Of a DNA stretch of 64,000 bases, positions 1-13,626 are shown one piece after another. How positions within the stretch are numbered: the first letter of the stretch is position 1; each line of letters opens with the position of its first letter. The position numbers were made by a program, and so were the translations under genes. Source of the stretch: Octopus vulgaris (lineage: Eukaryota). The notes under the pieces were generated by a model. The model ran no database searches. It worked only from the letters and a program-made list of their open reading frames with translations, and was not told where the DNA came from. The stretch covers positions 1,612,001 to 1,676,000 of the forward strand of contig OX597816.1 of assembly GCA_951406725.2 (NCBI GenBank). The letters are read 5' to 3'.

Positions 1-314
1 CCAACCACTTTACAGAGATTACAAGGTGCATTTCACCTGGTACCATCATCATCATCATAAGCAAAGTCACCAACTCACAAAACCGGACCCCGACCCCTCA
101 AATGATGGTCAAGGAATTGAGGGAGGTGGCCAAATGCCAATATATTTAATGTAGTCATATAATCAATTACACCCCACCCCATGGCCAGACATGTTTGGAC
201 AGAATATTGGGAATGAATGACACTGCTTGCATGACAGGGACATTCATTTACATCTACCATGTGATGTCAAGACAAGGAGACAGACAGACACACACATGTG
301 TGTGTATGTATGCA

Positions 315-350
<36 letters not shown>

Positions 351-351
<1 letters not shown>

Positions 352-455
352 TTTATTTTAAGCAGCAGAAAATTCAACAAAATCTGTTACTCTGAGTTTC
401 TCGTTGGCGTTCAGAGTAACAGATTTTGTTGAATTTTCTGCTGCTTAAAATAAAG
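351..455. repeat. Perfect 45-bp-arm hairpin, part of the repeat family also found at 20092-20260
   Basis: ctttattttaagcagcagaaaattcaacaaaatctgttactctga, a 15-nt loop, then the exact reverse complement. Confidence 0.92.
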
Positions 456-526
456 CATATTACTCTACCACTGGTATTTGAGTACTCTTTTTTCCACCTT
501 GTTTCACATTTATGTGTTTACTCCGG

Positions 527-560
<34 letters not shown>

Positions 561-1194
561 TATATTCTTTTATTTGTTTCAGTCATTTGACTGCGGCCAT
601 GCTAGAGCACCACCTTTAGTCAAACAAATCAATCTCAAGACTTGTTCTTTGTAAGCCTAGTACTTATTCTATCAGATCTCTTTTGCTGAACTGCTAAGTT
701 ATGGGGACATAAACACACCAACATCAGTTGTCAAGCGATATGTTTGTATATATGACATATATATATACGATGGGCTTCTTTCAGTTTCTGTCTACCGAAT
801 CCACTCACAAACCTTTGGTTGGCCCGAGGCTATATAGTAGAAGACACTTACCCAAGGTGCTACACAGTGGAACTGAACCAGGTATGCAAGCTACTTACCA
901 CAAAGCCACTCCTGCACACATATATATATATGTGTGTGTTTGTATATATGACATTCTTTTAGTTTCTCACAAGGTTTTGGCCAGCTATAGCAGAAGACAC
1001 TTGCCCAAGGTGCCATGCAATGGGATTGAACCCACGGTTGGGAAACAGACTTCTTAACCACACATCCAAACCTGTGCTGCCTTTTGTCCGTGAAGGCCGA
1101 GATGCTTCTGAGGGTCTCTACATACAGCTTTTACTATTTACAATTTGAAAAACAAAATAAAAAAAAGCAACAAGAAAACAGACAAAATATATCA

Positions 1195-1359
<165 letters not shown>

Positions 1360-1945
1360 TCAACAAAAGAAATCGGTTCAGGTATTAGAATACCAAATGA
1401 AACAAATAACTGAAGCAGGAGGATTTTAGTTTCATATTTAACAATAATTTCATCTAAATTAGATTCTCCCAACTAAAATCAACACTGAATAATAAAAGAT
1501 GTGAGTTTAAAAACTAGTTTGGGTCTATTAAGAGTAATACAAACAAGAGCACCAAGAGAGTGCAAACCTCCGCCAAGGCAACACCAACATCCTCTCAACG
1601 ATTAGCCAGAGATGACTTTTAAAATGAGAATAGATGAAATAAACTCGACCGGTTTCACAAAAGGGAATACTAAAAATTAGGTAAAAAAACTGGATTGATC
1701 CCAAAATCTAATCAGTTTGTGTCAGTCACAAGGCAAAACATCCCTGAAAGTTTCATCCAAATCCATCCAGCGGTTCTTGAGATATCTTGACCATGGACAA
1801 ACAAATACGACTGAAAACAATACCTCCACCTTTGCTAAAGTGGAGGCAATAATGATTTCCAGTTGCGGCAGAGGGTCAACGGTTTTTGAGGAAAGCCGAT
1901 TACATCAACCCCAATGATCAACTGGCATTTGCTAAATGATATATA

Positions 1946-4586
1946 TAAGACAACTGGAGGTCTCTAAGGGACACCTTGCTGAGAGCCACTGACCAGATCT
2001 GTGGTTGGTGCAAAGTCCCCTCAAGACCCAAAATAACATGGTGGTGGAACAATATTGTTGACAGGGCTATTAGACAAAAGAAACAGGCTTGGAAGGACTG
2101 GAAGAACGGTGGTAGCAGGGAATTATATCAGACTGCCAGAAGGGAAGCTAGGAGACAGGTGTATTTAGCCAGAGGGGAAGCAAATAAGAAAAAATTTGCC
2201 AATGTTCTGTGCCGTGAGGACCAAAGACTTGAGGTATTTCTTGTTGCAAGACAGTGTGTGAGAGAGAATCATGATGTTGTAGGAGAGAAATGTGTCCGCA
2301 TGGATGATGGTTCTCTTGCACTAAATGAGGATGCAAAGAGAGAGGTTTGGAGACACCATTATGAAAGGTTGCTGAATAAAGAAAATGAATGGGATAAAGA
2401 GAGTCTGCCGAATGTCGACCCAACAGAGGGACCAGCTATCCGAGTTGATAGTTCCGTGGTAGCTAAGGCAATTAGAAGCATGAAGACAGGGAAAGCCCCA
2501 GGCCCATCAGGAATTACTGCAGAGATGCTCAAAATATCTGGCAGTGTCGGCTATAACCTAGTCACCCGTATAGTCAACCAGGTGATACACGAAGGAGTCA
2601 TACCCAATGACTGGTGTAGCAGCATACTAGTCAACTGCTACAAAGGTAAAGGTGATGCCCTAGATACAAATAATTACAGAGGTATCAAGCTGTTGGATCA
2701 GGTAATGAAGGTTACGGAGAGGGTCATAGCCCAACTAATTAGAGAGAGAGAGTTAGTTTAGATGAGATGCAGTTTGGGTTCGTGCCAGGGAAAAGCACCA
2801 CTGATGCTATATTCCTGGTAAGACAGCTGCAGGAGAAATACCTAGCCAAAGATAAGCCCCTGTACCTGGCTTTTGTTGACATGGCAAAAGCCTTCGACAG
2901 GGTCCCCCGATCCCTTATCTGGTGGTCAATGAGGAAACTAGGGATAGATGAATGGTTAGTGAGAGCTGAGCAAGCCATGTACAGGGACACTGCTAGTAAG
3001 GTGAGGGTTGGCAACGAGTACAGTGAAGAATTCCGGGTAGAGGTTGGGGTTCACAAAGGTTCAGTCCTCAGTCCCCTCCTATTTATTATAGTCCTCCAGG
3101 CAATAACAGAGGAATTCAAGAAAGGATACCCCTGGGAGCTCCTCTATGCTGGTGACCTTGCTCTAATTGCTGAGTCACTATCAGAACTGGAGGAGAAGTT
3201 TCAAGTGTGGAAGCAAGGATTAGAATCGAAGGGCCTTAGAGTCAACCTAGCCAAAACCAAAGTCCTAATAAGTAGGAAGGTAGACAAATCACAAACGCCT
3301 TCAGGTAGATGGCCTTGCTCGATCTGTAGAAAAGGCGTAGGTAGAAACTCTATAAGATGCACCAAGTGTAAGCTATGGACACATAAGAGGTGCAGCAATG
3401 TCAAGGGAAGGCTAACTAGGAAGATAGTTTTTGTATGTGGCAGATGCTCAGGAGCAATAAACACTGAAAATGTGCAGAGACCAACGTCTACCATGTTCCA
3501 GGGAGAAAAACTAGAAGTAGTTGATAGCTTCCGCTACCTAGGTGACCAAGTCAGCAGCGGGGGCGGGTGTGCTGAAAGTGTAACTGCTAGAGTAAGAATA
3601 GCCTGAGCAAAGTTTAGAGAGCTCTTACCCCTGCTGGTGACAAAAGGCCTCTCACGCAGAGTAAAAGGCAGACTGTATGATGCATGTGTACGAACAGCCA
3701 TGCTACATGTTAGTGAAACATGGGCCGTGACTGCTGAGGATATGTGTAAGCTCGTAAGAAATGAAGCCAGTATGCTCCGATGGATGTGTAATGTCAGTGT
3801 TCATACTCGACAGAGAGTAAGTACCTTGAGAGAAAAGTTGGACCTAAGAAGCATTAGTTGTGGTGTGCAAGAGAGACGTTTGCGCTGGTATGGTCATGTG
3901 ACGAGAATGGGTGAAGATAGTTGTGTGAAAAAGTGCCACACCCTAGCAGTGGAGGGAACCTGTGGAAGAGGTAGACCCAGGAAAACCTGGGACGAGGTGG
4001 TGAAGAACAACCTTCGAATTTTAGGTCTCACCAAAGAAATGACTAGAGACCGAGACCTATGGAAGTATGCTGTGCGTGGGAAGACCCGGCAGGACAAGTG
4101 AGACTACAACCCATGGCCTCTATCTGGGATGTAGCCAGTCGACTTATGCATACCTTTCCTTCTTGGGACACAAAACTCCACTTGTGAAGACCTGTTGAGG
4201 CAAGTGGAAATCAGAACCAAAATCGAAGTCGATCAACATCAATGAAAATTGCAGCTGTGATACCAGTGCCGATGGCACGTAAGCGAACCATCCAATCGTG
4301 GCCGTTGCCAGCGCCGCCCCGACTGGCCTCCGTGCCGGTGGCACGTAAAAAGCACCATCCGACCGTGGCCGTTTGCCAGCCCTGTCTAGCACCTGTGCCA
4401 GTGGCACGTAAAAAGCACCCACTACACTCACGGGTGGTTGGCGTTAGGAAGGGCATCCAGCTGTAGAAACATTGCCAGATCAGACTAGGCCTGGTGCAGC
4501 CTTCTGGCTTCCCAGACCCCAGTTGGACCGTCCAACCCATGCTAGCATGGAAAGCGGACGTTAAACAATGATGATGATGATGATGA
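1946..4586 (+). mobile_element. 5'-truncated RTE-clade LINE with PHD-containing RT, inactivated (copy 1, muskelin intron 5)
   Basis: ORF pieces 1976-2761, 2767-3606 and 3637-4101 carry RT motifs (KAPGPSG, NYRGIKLL, QFGF, KAFDRV, YAGD). There is a frameshift in the (GA)n near 2745 and a TGA at 3604. The element ends in a (GAT)n tail. Confidence 0.93.
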
Positions 4587-4836
4587 TATATATATATTTG
4601 CCATGTTGGACTACTGAACGCAACACATTTTTTTTCATTCTCTCTTTCTCTATTTCCTCTCATTCGTTTCTGTCGAAGAGTGTAGGCTCGAAGCATTAAA
4701 GGACTTAACCATTTTTCCCAAGTGTCAAACTAATACACTTACTTGTTTATACACATGTCTTTGTCTTTTGTTTTTCTGAAAATTTCAAACCCATGCTAGC
4801 ATGGAAAGCGGACGCTTAATGATGATGATGATGATG

Positions 4837-4873
<37 letters not shown>

Positions 4874-4965
4874 GGGACAGTTTACGAAAAAAAACAAAAG
4901 ATGAAGACAGGTGGTGTACAAAACAAACAGATGTATTAGTATAATGCTCAGGAATAGAAAAAGTC

Positions 4966-4997
<32 letters not shown>

Positions 4998-5687
4998 CAT
5001 ACATACACACACACATACACACGACAGGCTGTTTTCAGTTTCCATCTACCAAATCTACTCACAATGTTATGGTAAAGCTGAGGCTATAGGAGACACTTGC
5101 CCTGCCCAAGGTGCCATGCAGTGGGATTGAACTTGAAACCATGTGGTTTGGGACACAAACTTCTTAATCATATCTCTCATCATCATCATCATCATCATTT
5201 AACATCTGTCTTCCATGCTGTCATGGGTTGGATGGTTTGACAGGAGCTGACAAGTCGGCAACAAAGGCTACTTTGGTCTGCTTTGGTGGAGTCTCTACAG
5301 CTTAGTGTCCTTCCTAATGTCAACCAACCACTTCACGGAGTGGCACTGGGCGCTTTTTAGATGGTACCAGCCCAGGTGATTTTTATGTGGCACCAGCATC
5401 AGTGGGGTCACCAAGTAGCTCACAAAACAAAGACCTCTCAGCTGAGAGAAGTAGAACTGAGGTGACTGGAGTATGGCAGAGGGACGACAGAGTTGTTTTA
5501 TTATAGAGGAGATACTTGCTTACCCCAGGAGGACAAGGAAGGTAGGAGAGAGAGAGAGGGAATATACCCACAGGGAACAGTGAGGGGAATATAAGTAGTA
5601 GAGGGGACAGAGGGGGGATCTGCTTTAGTGTGGTTTTTAGGGCTGAATGCCCTGTTTCACTAAATGATACAACACGAACGAAAATCA

Positions 5688-5858
<171 letters not shown>

Positions 5859-6317
5859 TTAGGAAGGAAATTAAAGAAATATATCATTAAAATAATATAT
5901 TTTATATTCTTGTCTTTGGCCATACTGGGGCACTGCCTTGAAGAGTTTAACAAACTGAGCTCAGGATTTATTTTTTAAGTCTGATAATTATTGCATCGGT
6001 CACTTTTATTAAACTGCAAAATTACAGGGATGTAAACAAACCAACACTGGATGTCAAGTGGTGGTGGGGACACACATACAAGCTTCCACACAGTTTCCAT
6101 GGACAAAATCCATTGACAAGGCATTGGTCGAGCCAAGTCTATAGTAGAAGGCACTTTCCCAAGGTACCTCCCTGTGGGGGCGGGACCAATACAATCCTTG
6201 AGAACGGATACTTTCAAGAATGGTTTTATTTCTTATGAAGAATGACTTCTATTTGCCCTTTCAGACAACACTAAAATGACCATTATGGTTTCTGAGAATA
6301 GAAGTGAGAAGACTTAC

Positions 6318-6406
6318 CAATTTTGAGATATCTTACAGGGAAGTGATTATCATCTATTTCATTCAAAGGATAAAACGTCTCAGGTACATGATCATTCTTC
6401 AAACCA
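6318..6406 (-). CDS. MKLN1: Muskelin exon 4 (GLKNDHVPETFYPLNEIDDNHFPVRYLKI)
   Basis: Acceptor ctttgcag, donor G|gtaagt, 89 nt, phase 2 to 1. GLKND and FP-RY-KI motifs present. Confidence 0.93.
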
Positions 6407-6509
6407 CTGCAAAGACAAGAACAATCTTTAAACGGAAACGGCAGCTGGAAGGGATTTGTGTTATAAAATAGGAACTGCTTGAAGACTAAGATATTTCCTT
6501 TTATCAGAG

Positions 6510-6549
<40 letters not shown>

Positions 6550-7602
6550 AAAAGAGAAAGTGAGAAGAGAGAGAGGGGGAGAGGGAGGAAGAAGAAGTGA
6601 GAGAGAGAGAGAGAGAGAGTTAAAGTAGAAACTGGAAATGTTGGAGGTTATTGCATAATAAAGATGAAGAAAAGGTTTTGGAGGATTTTCTTTTAAATAA
6701 AAAACTGCAAGTTGTTGTTTAGACCCAGGTTAGCATTGATTGAGTACAACTTTGATCAAAAGCATTCCATCAATGACCATCATGTCTTTCTCTCAAGCAC
6801 AGTACATCTGAAAGTAGACTATCTAAAGTGTTGTCCATTTTCCAAGACAATAGGGTATAATTTGAAGGAGATTTAGCTGTTGTTTCCAGTGGACCAAATG
6901 ACTTGACAGAGGCTCCCTTATCATTTGTAAATAATTGTGAATGAAGGGAAGTCGAAAGAGAGGTGGACTGAGCTGGTCGTCATCATTGTCCTTTAACTGA
7001 TGCTGGCATCAGTTGGATGGTTTGACAGGATCCAATGGGTCCAAGGACTGCATTGGGCACCAGTGCCCCTCCCTTGGCATGGATTCCATACATGGGTACC
7101 ACCCCCGACACCAAGCAGTGTACTGGGTGGATTTCTTGGTGCCCCAGCACTACAAGTGAGGTCTCCATGCAGCTTGCAAGTTCACAAACTGCAGAGAGAG
7201 GCAGACATATGCCAGGAGATGAGGAGGTTGCCAGAGCAGCAGAAGAGATTTCTTGCTGTTGAGGAGCAACATGATGACTTGGAATTTAGGAGAGACAGAC
7301 AGACAGACAGACACAGAGAGAAGGATTGAGTGGATGAGAACAGTGAAAGAGACAAAATGAAGAAATGGAACAAGTAGTGAAAACTGTAAAAAAAAACAAC
7401 AACAAAAAAACAAGTGAATAGTATATTTCTAAATGCATTGACAGAAGAGAAAAGATAGAAATATCCTGAGGTCAATGATGTGCACTTAAGCCCCTTAGAC
7501 CATCATTAATGGCTTTATTATCACTAAAATACTGGCCTTGAAGACATAGCTATGTTGTTTGATGCACTTATTTAGCAAAGGATCAAAAAAAGGACACAGT
7601 CA

Positions 7603-7848
<246 letters not shown>

Positions 7849-9346
7849 TTAATTTTATGATTAATTATGAGGCAATTATTATTATTAAAAGGATTTACCC
7901 GAGGCTGTCTCAGCACTTTTCAGAAATACCAACTTAAGACCATCAATACTAAAAGCAAAATAATTACTTCTTTTTTGGAACATGGATCTCGAAGTACATG
8001 AAGCTATAAACAATAGCGAGTAAGGACTGGGTTGAAAACCCTTTTTTCATATCCCAAACGGTTTTGGATTTATTTAGAGAACAGAATTATTTCATGTCCT
8101 CTCAAAAGTTTAAAAATTCATCTGACAGCTAGAAAATATTTACACTTTAATGCATAAATATTTTCTAAAATCTATTATTATTTAAAATACAATATTTTGT
8201 ATGATTGAGTAAATGGTAATTGATATTAAAATGATTTTCTGAGTTGCATCACCACTTTAAAGAGAATACCAACCTCAAACCATCTTTAATTAGGAGACGA
8301 CAAGGGACCAAGACTTCTGGAGATTTGCTGGGCTCGAGAAGACACCCTAAGCAAAATCAAGGCCATCCATACATACAGGAATGTCCTTTATGGTCATGCC
8401 CCATCCTCTCTGGCAAAACTCACTCCCAACCCATCACCCCCACTGCAAGCCTCTCTACTTCCTCTCCTCCCCCCTCATACTCTTGTGGAACATCTCCTCT
8501 ATCCCTTCTGTACAACTTGTATCCCACCTCCACTGTAGAGCCCCCCCCTTCCCTGTCCTACTGGGGTGGCCAAGAATCTCTTCTCTAGTATCAGTTATCT
8601 CTGTCTCTCTATCTTACTCTAACGTCTTGCGCCTGACACATGGCCACTTCTCTTGGTTCCATCTCTCTCAGACACGACATCCTTGTCTTGCAAGCTACTT
8701 GGTGACCCAGTCGGTGTTGGCACCACGTAAAAAGCACCCAGTCCACTCTGTAAAGTGGTTGGCATCAGGAAGGGCATCCAGCTGTAGAAACTGTGCCAAA
8801 ACAGACAATTGGTGCAGGGGCAGCTCCTGTCAGGCCATCCATGCCAGCAAGGAGAACAGATGTTGAATGATGATGAGACCAAAGTTTATGTAAAAATCTA
8901 TAGTTCCATTGGTTCTTCTTAAATTAGGAATTTATATCAAGAGACCCCTTGCCCCAACTGGCTTCCGTGCCGGTGGCACGTAAAAAGGATCATCGGAATG
9001 TGGCTGATGCCAGCACTGCCTTGACTAGCTCCCGTGCCAGTGGCACATAAAAAGCACCATCCAATCATAGTCAATGCCAGCCCCCTCTGGCACGTAAAAA
9101 GCACCATTGGCATTAGGAAGGGTATCTAGCTGTAGAAACATTGCCAGATCAAACTGGTGCAGTCACCTGGCTCTCCAGTCCCCAGTGCAACCGTCCAACC
9201 CATGCCAGCATGGAAAACAGACTTTAAACGATGATGATGATGATGATAAAATGGAAGTTGAAAATTTCACTAAGATTATTGGTCCTTTATGAAAATTACA
9301 ACTCTGGCAATCTCTTCTGACCAAAATCTAATTTGAAGAACTTTAA

Positions 9347-9563
9347 CCCTTCAGCGTTTAAACTGGCCAAATCCAACCCAGATATTCTCCTTGTTTTATG
9401 CTCAAACCAGCCAAATCGGGTTCCTCATATCTACTCTACAATGTCATTCTAAACAAAAACCACCTCATCAAAATCTCAAAGCTACAAGACAATCCAGGAT
9501 TAATTTAAAACGATGTCAATGGATAAGTCTTACATCTAAGAGATAAATCTGAACACTAAAGGG
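9347..9563. mobile_element. piggyBac-type MITE
   Basis: TTAA|CCCTTCAGCGTT ... AACACTAAAGGG|TTAA: TTAA TSD and CCC..GGG termini. Confidence 0.75.
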
Positions 9564-9806
9564 TTAAAATATGAGAATCAAATACTTTTTAAAATTTCAA
9601 TGATTTAAAAGTAAAACTTTGAAAATAAATCTGGCATCAATTAGGAAATTTAATCCACAAAATTACTTTTACAATTAAATTTAGGAAGACATAAAGATTA
9701 AAAAGACATTTAAATAAAAAAAAAATGAGATGTAAAGAAAAGAAAAAGGGAGATAAAAATGTAACAAATTATTACTTCAACAAATATAAAAAAAACAAAG
9801 ACCAAC

Positions 9807-9876
9807 CTGTGGTGAATTGTTAGAATCAGATGACCACCTTGACGATTGCTCTTGTGGACGGTCATGGTAAATGTTT
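9807..9876 (-). CDS. MKLN1: Muskelin exon 2 (NIYHDRPQEQSSRWSSDSNNSPQ)
   Basis: Acceptor tttctacag, donor CAG|gttggt, 70 nt, phase 2 to 0. Matches the muskelin QSSRWSSESNYPPQ segment. Confidence 0.93.
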
Positions 9877-10228
9877 CTGTAGAAATAAAAAGCAATAATG
9901 TATATAAGTGTGTTATTTCTCTTCGGTATAGCAATACTAATAACCAGTTGTTAGAAATCGCTGGACATATGCTTTAGAATAATGCATTAGGTGAGTGAAG
10001 AGCAAAATATTAATTAATAAATGGAAAGGGAACAGGAGTTACATGATCAACTTAATTACCTTACAGCTGTTTCTGCTATAAAAAGCAGTGCACTCAGAGC
10101 TAGGTGCTTGTACAATATCTAATAGCTTCCTCAGAGCCCAGTACATTGCTTCTGAAGTTAATTATGTAATTCTTGTTCCATTGTCATTCATGAATTAATA
10201 ACATGCAAAAAGATGCATATATATATAT

Positions 10229-12263
10229 AGAGAGGTATCAAGCTGTTGGACCAGGTGATGAAGGTTACGGAGAGGGTCATAGCCCAACTAATTAGAGAGA
10301 GAGTTAGTTTAGATGAGATGCAGTTTGGGTTTGTGCCAGGGAAAAGTACTACTGATGCTATATTCCTGGTAAGGCAGCTGCAGGAGAAATACCTAGCCAA
10401 AGATAAGCCCCTGTACCTGGCTTTTGTTGACATGGAGAAAGCCTTCGACAGGGTCCCCCGATCCCTTATCTGGTGGGCAATGAGGAAACTAGGGATAGAT
10501 GAATGGTTAGTGAGAGCTGTGCGGGCCATGTACAGGGATGCCGCTAGTAGGGTGAGGGTTGGAAATGTGTACAGTGAAGAATTCCGGGTAGAGGTAGGAG
10601 TCCACCAAGGCTCAGTACTCAGCCCCCTCCTATTTATCATAGTCCTCCAGGCAATAACGGAGGAATTCAAGACAGGATGCCCTTGGGAGCTCCTCTATGC
10701 TGATGACCTTGCTCTAATTGCTGAGTCGCTATCAGAACTGGAGGAGAAGTTTCAGGTGTGGAAACAAGGATTAGAATCGAAGGGCCTCAGAGTCAATCTA
10801 GCTAAAACCAAAGTCGTAATCAGTAGGAAGGTAGACAAATCACAAACACCTTCAGGTAGATGGCCCTGCTCGATCTGTAGAAAAGGTGTAGGTAGAAACT
10901 CTATAAGATGCACCAAGTGTAAGCTATGGACACATAAGAGATGCAGCAATGTCAAAGGAAGGCTAACTAGGAAGATGGTTTTTGTATGTGGCAGATGCTC
11001 AGGAACAATAAACACTGAAAATGCTCTGAGACCAACTTCCGTCACTTTCCAGGGAGAAAAACTAGAAGTAGTTGATAGTTTCCGTTACCTAGGTGACCAG
11101 GTCAGCAGCGGGGGCGGGTGTGCTGAAAGTGTAACTGCTAGAGTAAGAATAGCTTGGGCAAAGTTCAGAGAGCTCTTACCTCTGCTGGTGACAAAAGGCC
11201 TCTCGCACAGAGTGAAAGGCAGACTGTATGATGCGTGTGTACGAACAGCCATGCTACATGGCAGTGAAACATGGGCCGTGACTGCTGAGGATATGCGTAA
11301 GCTCGCTAGAAATGAAGCCAGTATGCTCCGATGGATGTGTAATGTCGGTACTCACACTCGGCAGAGTGTAAGTACCTTGAGAGAAAAGCTGGACCTAAGA
11401 AGCATCAGTTGTGGTGTGCAAGAGAGACGTTTGCGCTGGTATGGTCATGTGGCGAGAATGGATGAAGATAGTTGTGTGAAAAAGTGCCACACCCTAGCGG
11501 TTGAGGGAACCTGTGGAAGAGGCAGACCCAGGAAAACCTGGGACGAGGTGGTGAAGCACGACCTTCGAACTTTAGGTCTCACTGAGGAAATGACTAGAGA
11601 CCGAGACCTCTGGAAGTGTGCTGTGCGCGAGAAGACCCGGCAGGACAAGTGAGTCCATAACCCGTGGCCTTCTACATGGGATGGAGCCAGCCTACGTATG
11701 CATACCTTCCCTTCTTGGGACACAAAACTCTACTTGTGAAGACGTGATGAGGCAAGTGAGGATCAGAATCGAAATCGATCAATGGAAATTGCGGATGTGC
11801 TACCAGTGCCGGTGGCATGTCAAAACTCTGCTTGTGAAGACCCGTTGAGGCAAGTGACGATCAGAATCGAAATCGATCAATGGAAATCGATCAATGGAAA
11901 TTGCAGATGTGTTACCAGTGCCGGTGGCATGTAAGAGAACTTTCCGTTTCGCGACCGTTGCCAGCACCGCCCCGTTTCGTGTCCGTTGCCAGCCTCGCCT
12001 GGCCCTCGTGCCGGTGGCACATAAAAAGCACCATCCATTCGTGGCCGTTTGCCAGCTCTGTCTGGCACCAGTGCGGGTGGCACGTAAAAAGCACCCACTA
12101 CACTCACGGAGTGGTTGGCGTTAGGAAGGACATCCAGCCGTAGAAACACTGCCAGATTTGACTGGGCCTGATGAAGCCTTCTGGCTTCACAGACCCCAGT
12201 AGAACCGTCCAACCCATGCTAGCATGGAAAACGGACGCCAAACGATGATGATGATGATGATGA
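10229..12263 (+). mobile_element. 5'-truncated RTE-clade LINE with PHD-containing RT (copy 2, muskelin intron 1), uninterrupted 468-aa ORF remnant
   Basis: ORF 10246-11652 has QGSVLSP, YADD, FRYLG, RRLRWYGHV and RGRPRKTW. The 3' UTR has a duplicated block and a (GAT)n tail. Confidence 0.95.
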
Positions 12264-13590
12264 TATATATGCATCAAAATCAAATTCGATGACTGGCATC
12301 TGTGCTAGCGGGGTGCAAAGAGCACCGTACGAGTGTGATCGTTGACAGAGCAGCTAACCGGCATATAAAAGGCACCATTCAAGCGTGATCGTTACAAGTG
12401 TCGCCTTACTGGCAAATGAGCCTCGTGCTAGTAGGGTGCTAAGAGCACCATCGGAGCGTGATTGTTGCCAGAGCGGCTACCAGGCTTCCGTGCCGGTGGC
12501 ACGTAAAAGCCAGCATTCGATTGTGATCGTTACCAGCATCGCCTTACTGGCATCTGTGCCGGTGGCATGAGTAAAAAGATTCGAGCGAGGTCGTTGCCAG
12601 TACCACCTGACTGCTGCTCCCCCCCCCCCACCGTGCCGGTGGCACATAAAAGTACCAACTACACTCTCAGAGTGGTTGGCATTAGGAAGGGCATCCAGCT
12701 GTAGAAACTCTGCCAGATCAGATTGGAGCCTGGTGCAGCCATCTGGTTCGCCAGCCCTCAGTAAAATCGTCGAATCCATGCTAGCATGGAAAGCGGGCAT
12801 ATGATGATGATGATATATATATATATATATATATTAAAACAAAATCAAACACACATACACAGGGTATGTGTGTTGTTAGTTCATGGGTCGGTTGCACATG
12901 TGTGCTTGGTTTTGTCTATATACTTTGAGCTGCTTCTAATTCATATTTGAATATATATATATATAAAAATATATATATATATATATAAAATGTATATAAT
13001 TCATAGGTGAGAATCAGATCTTCTTTGTATAGAATACACCTAGTAGTGTTCAAGAGATTTAAACTTGAGCAGGTATAGAAGTAAATGTAGCGATAAGCCA
13101 TTTAGACAGATCAATATACAAAGTATATTAAATACGTGAAATACAAAAAAATAGAAGATATATATATGTTTAAATACAAAAACCGTCCGATTAACACAGA
13201 ACACAAATAATGTAGATGATTAAAGGGATTGGAGAAAAGTATTACAGATTCAACAGCTGTTTCTGGGGGCTCAGGGGTCCACAATAATGTTTGTAGATTG
13301 ATCCCTGAGAGCTACATGCTTCTGTGGAGTGCTCAGCCACTTGCATCTTAATTTCACGAGCAGGCTGTTTTGCTGATCAGATCAACTGGGGCCCTCATCA
13401 TCATAACCAATGCAATGCCAGTTTATATCAAGAGAACCAATAGATTCTTTTGGGCTCTCTTTACAGACGAGTTCTTTCTTTCTTTCTTTCTCTTATTCAA
13501 TTGTAACACTAAGGTCAATTAGAATTACATCAGGCATTTATCAATAGAAAATATTTACATGTCTTCAATACATTCACTGTCATTGTCAGC

Positions 13591-13626
<36 letters not shown>

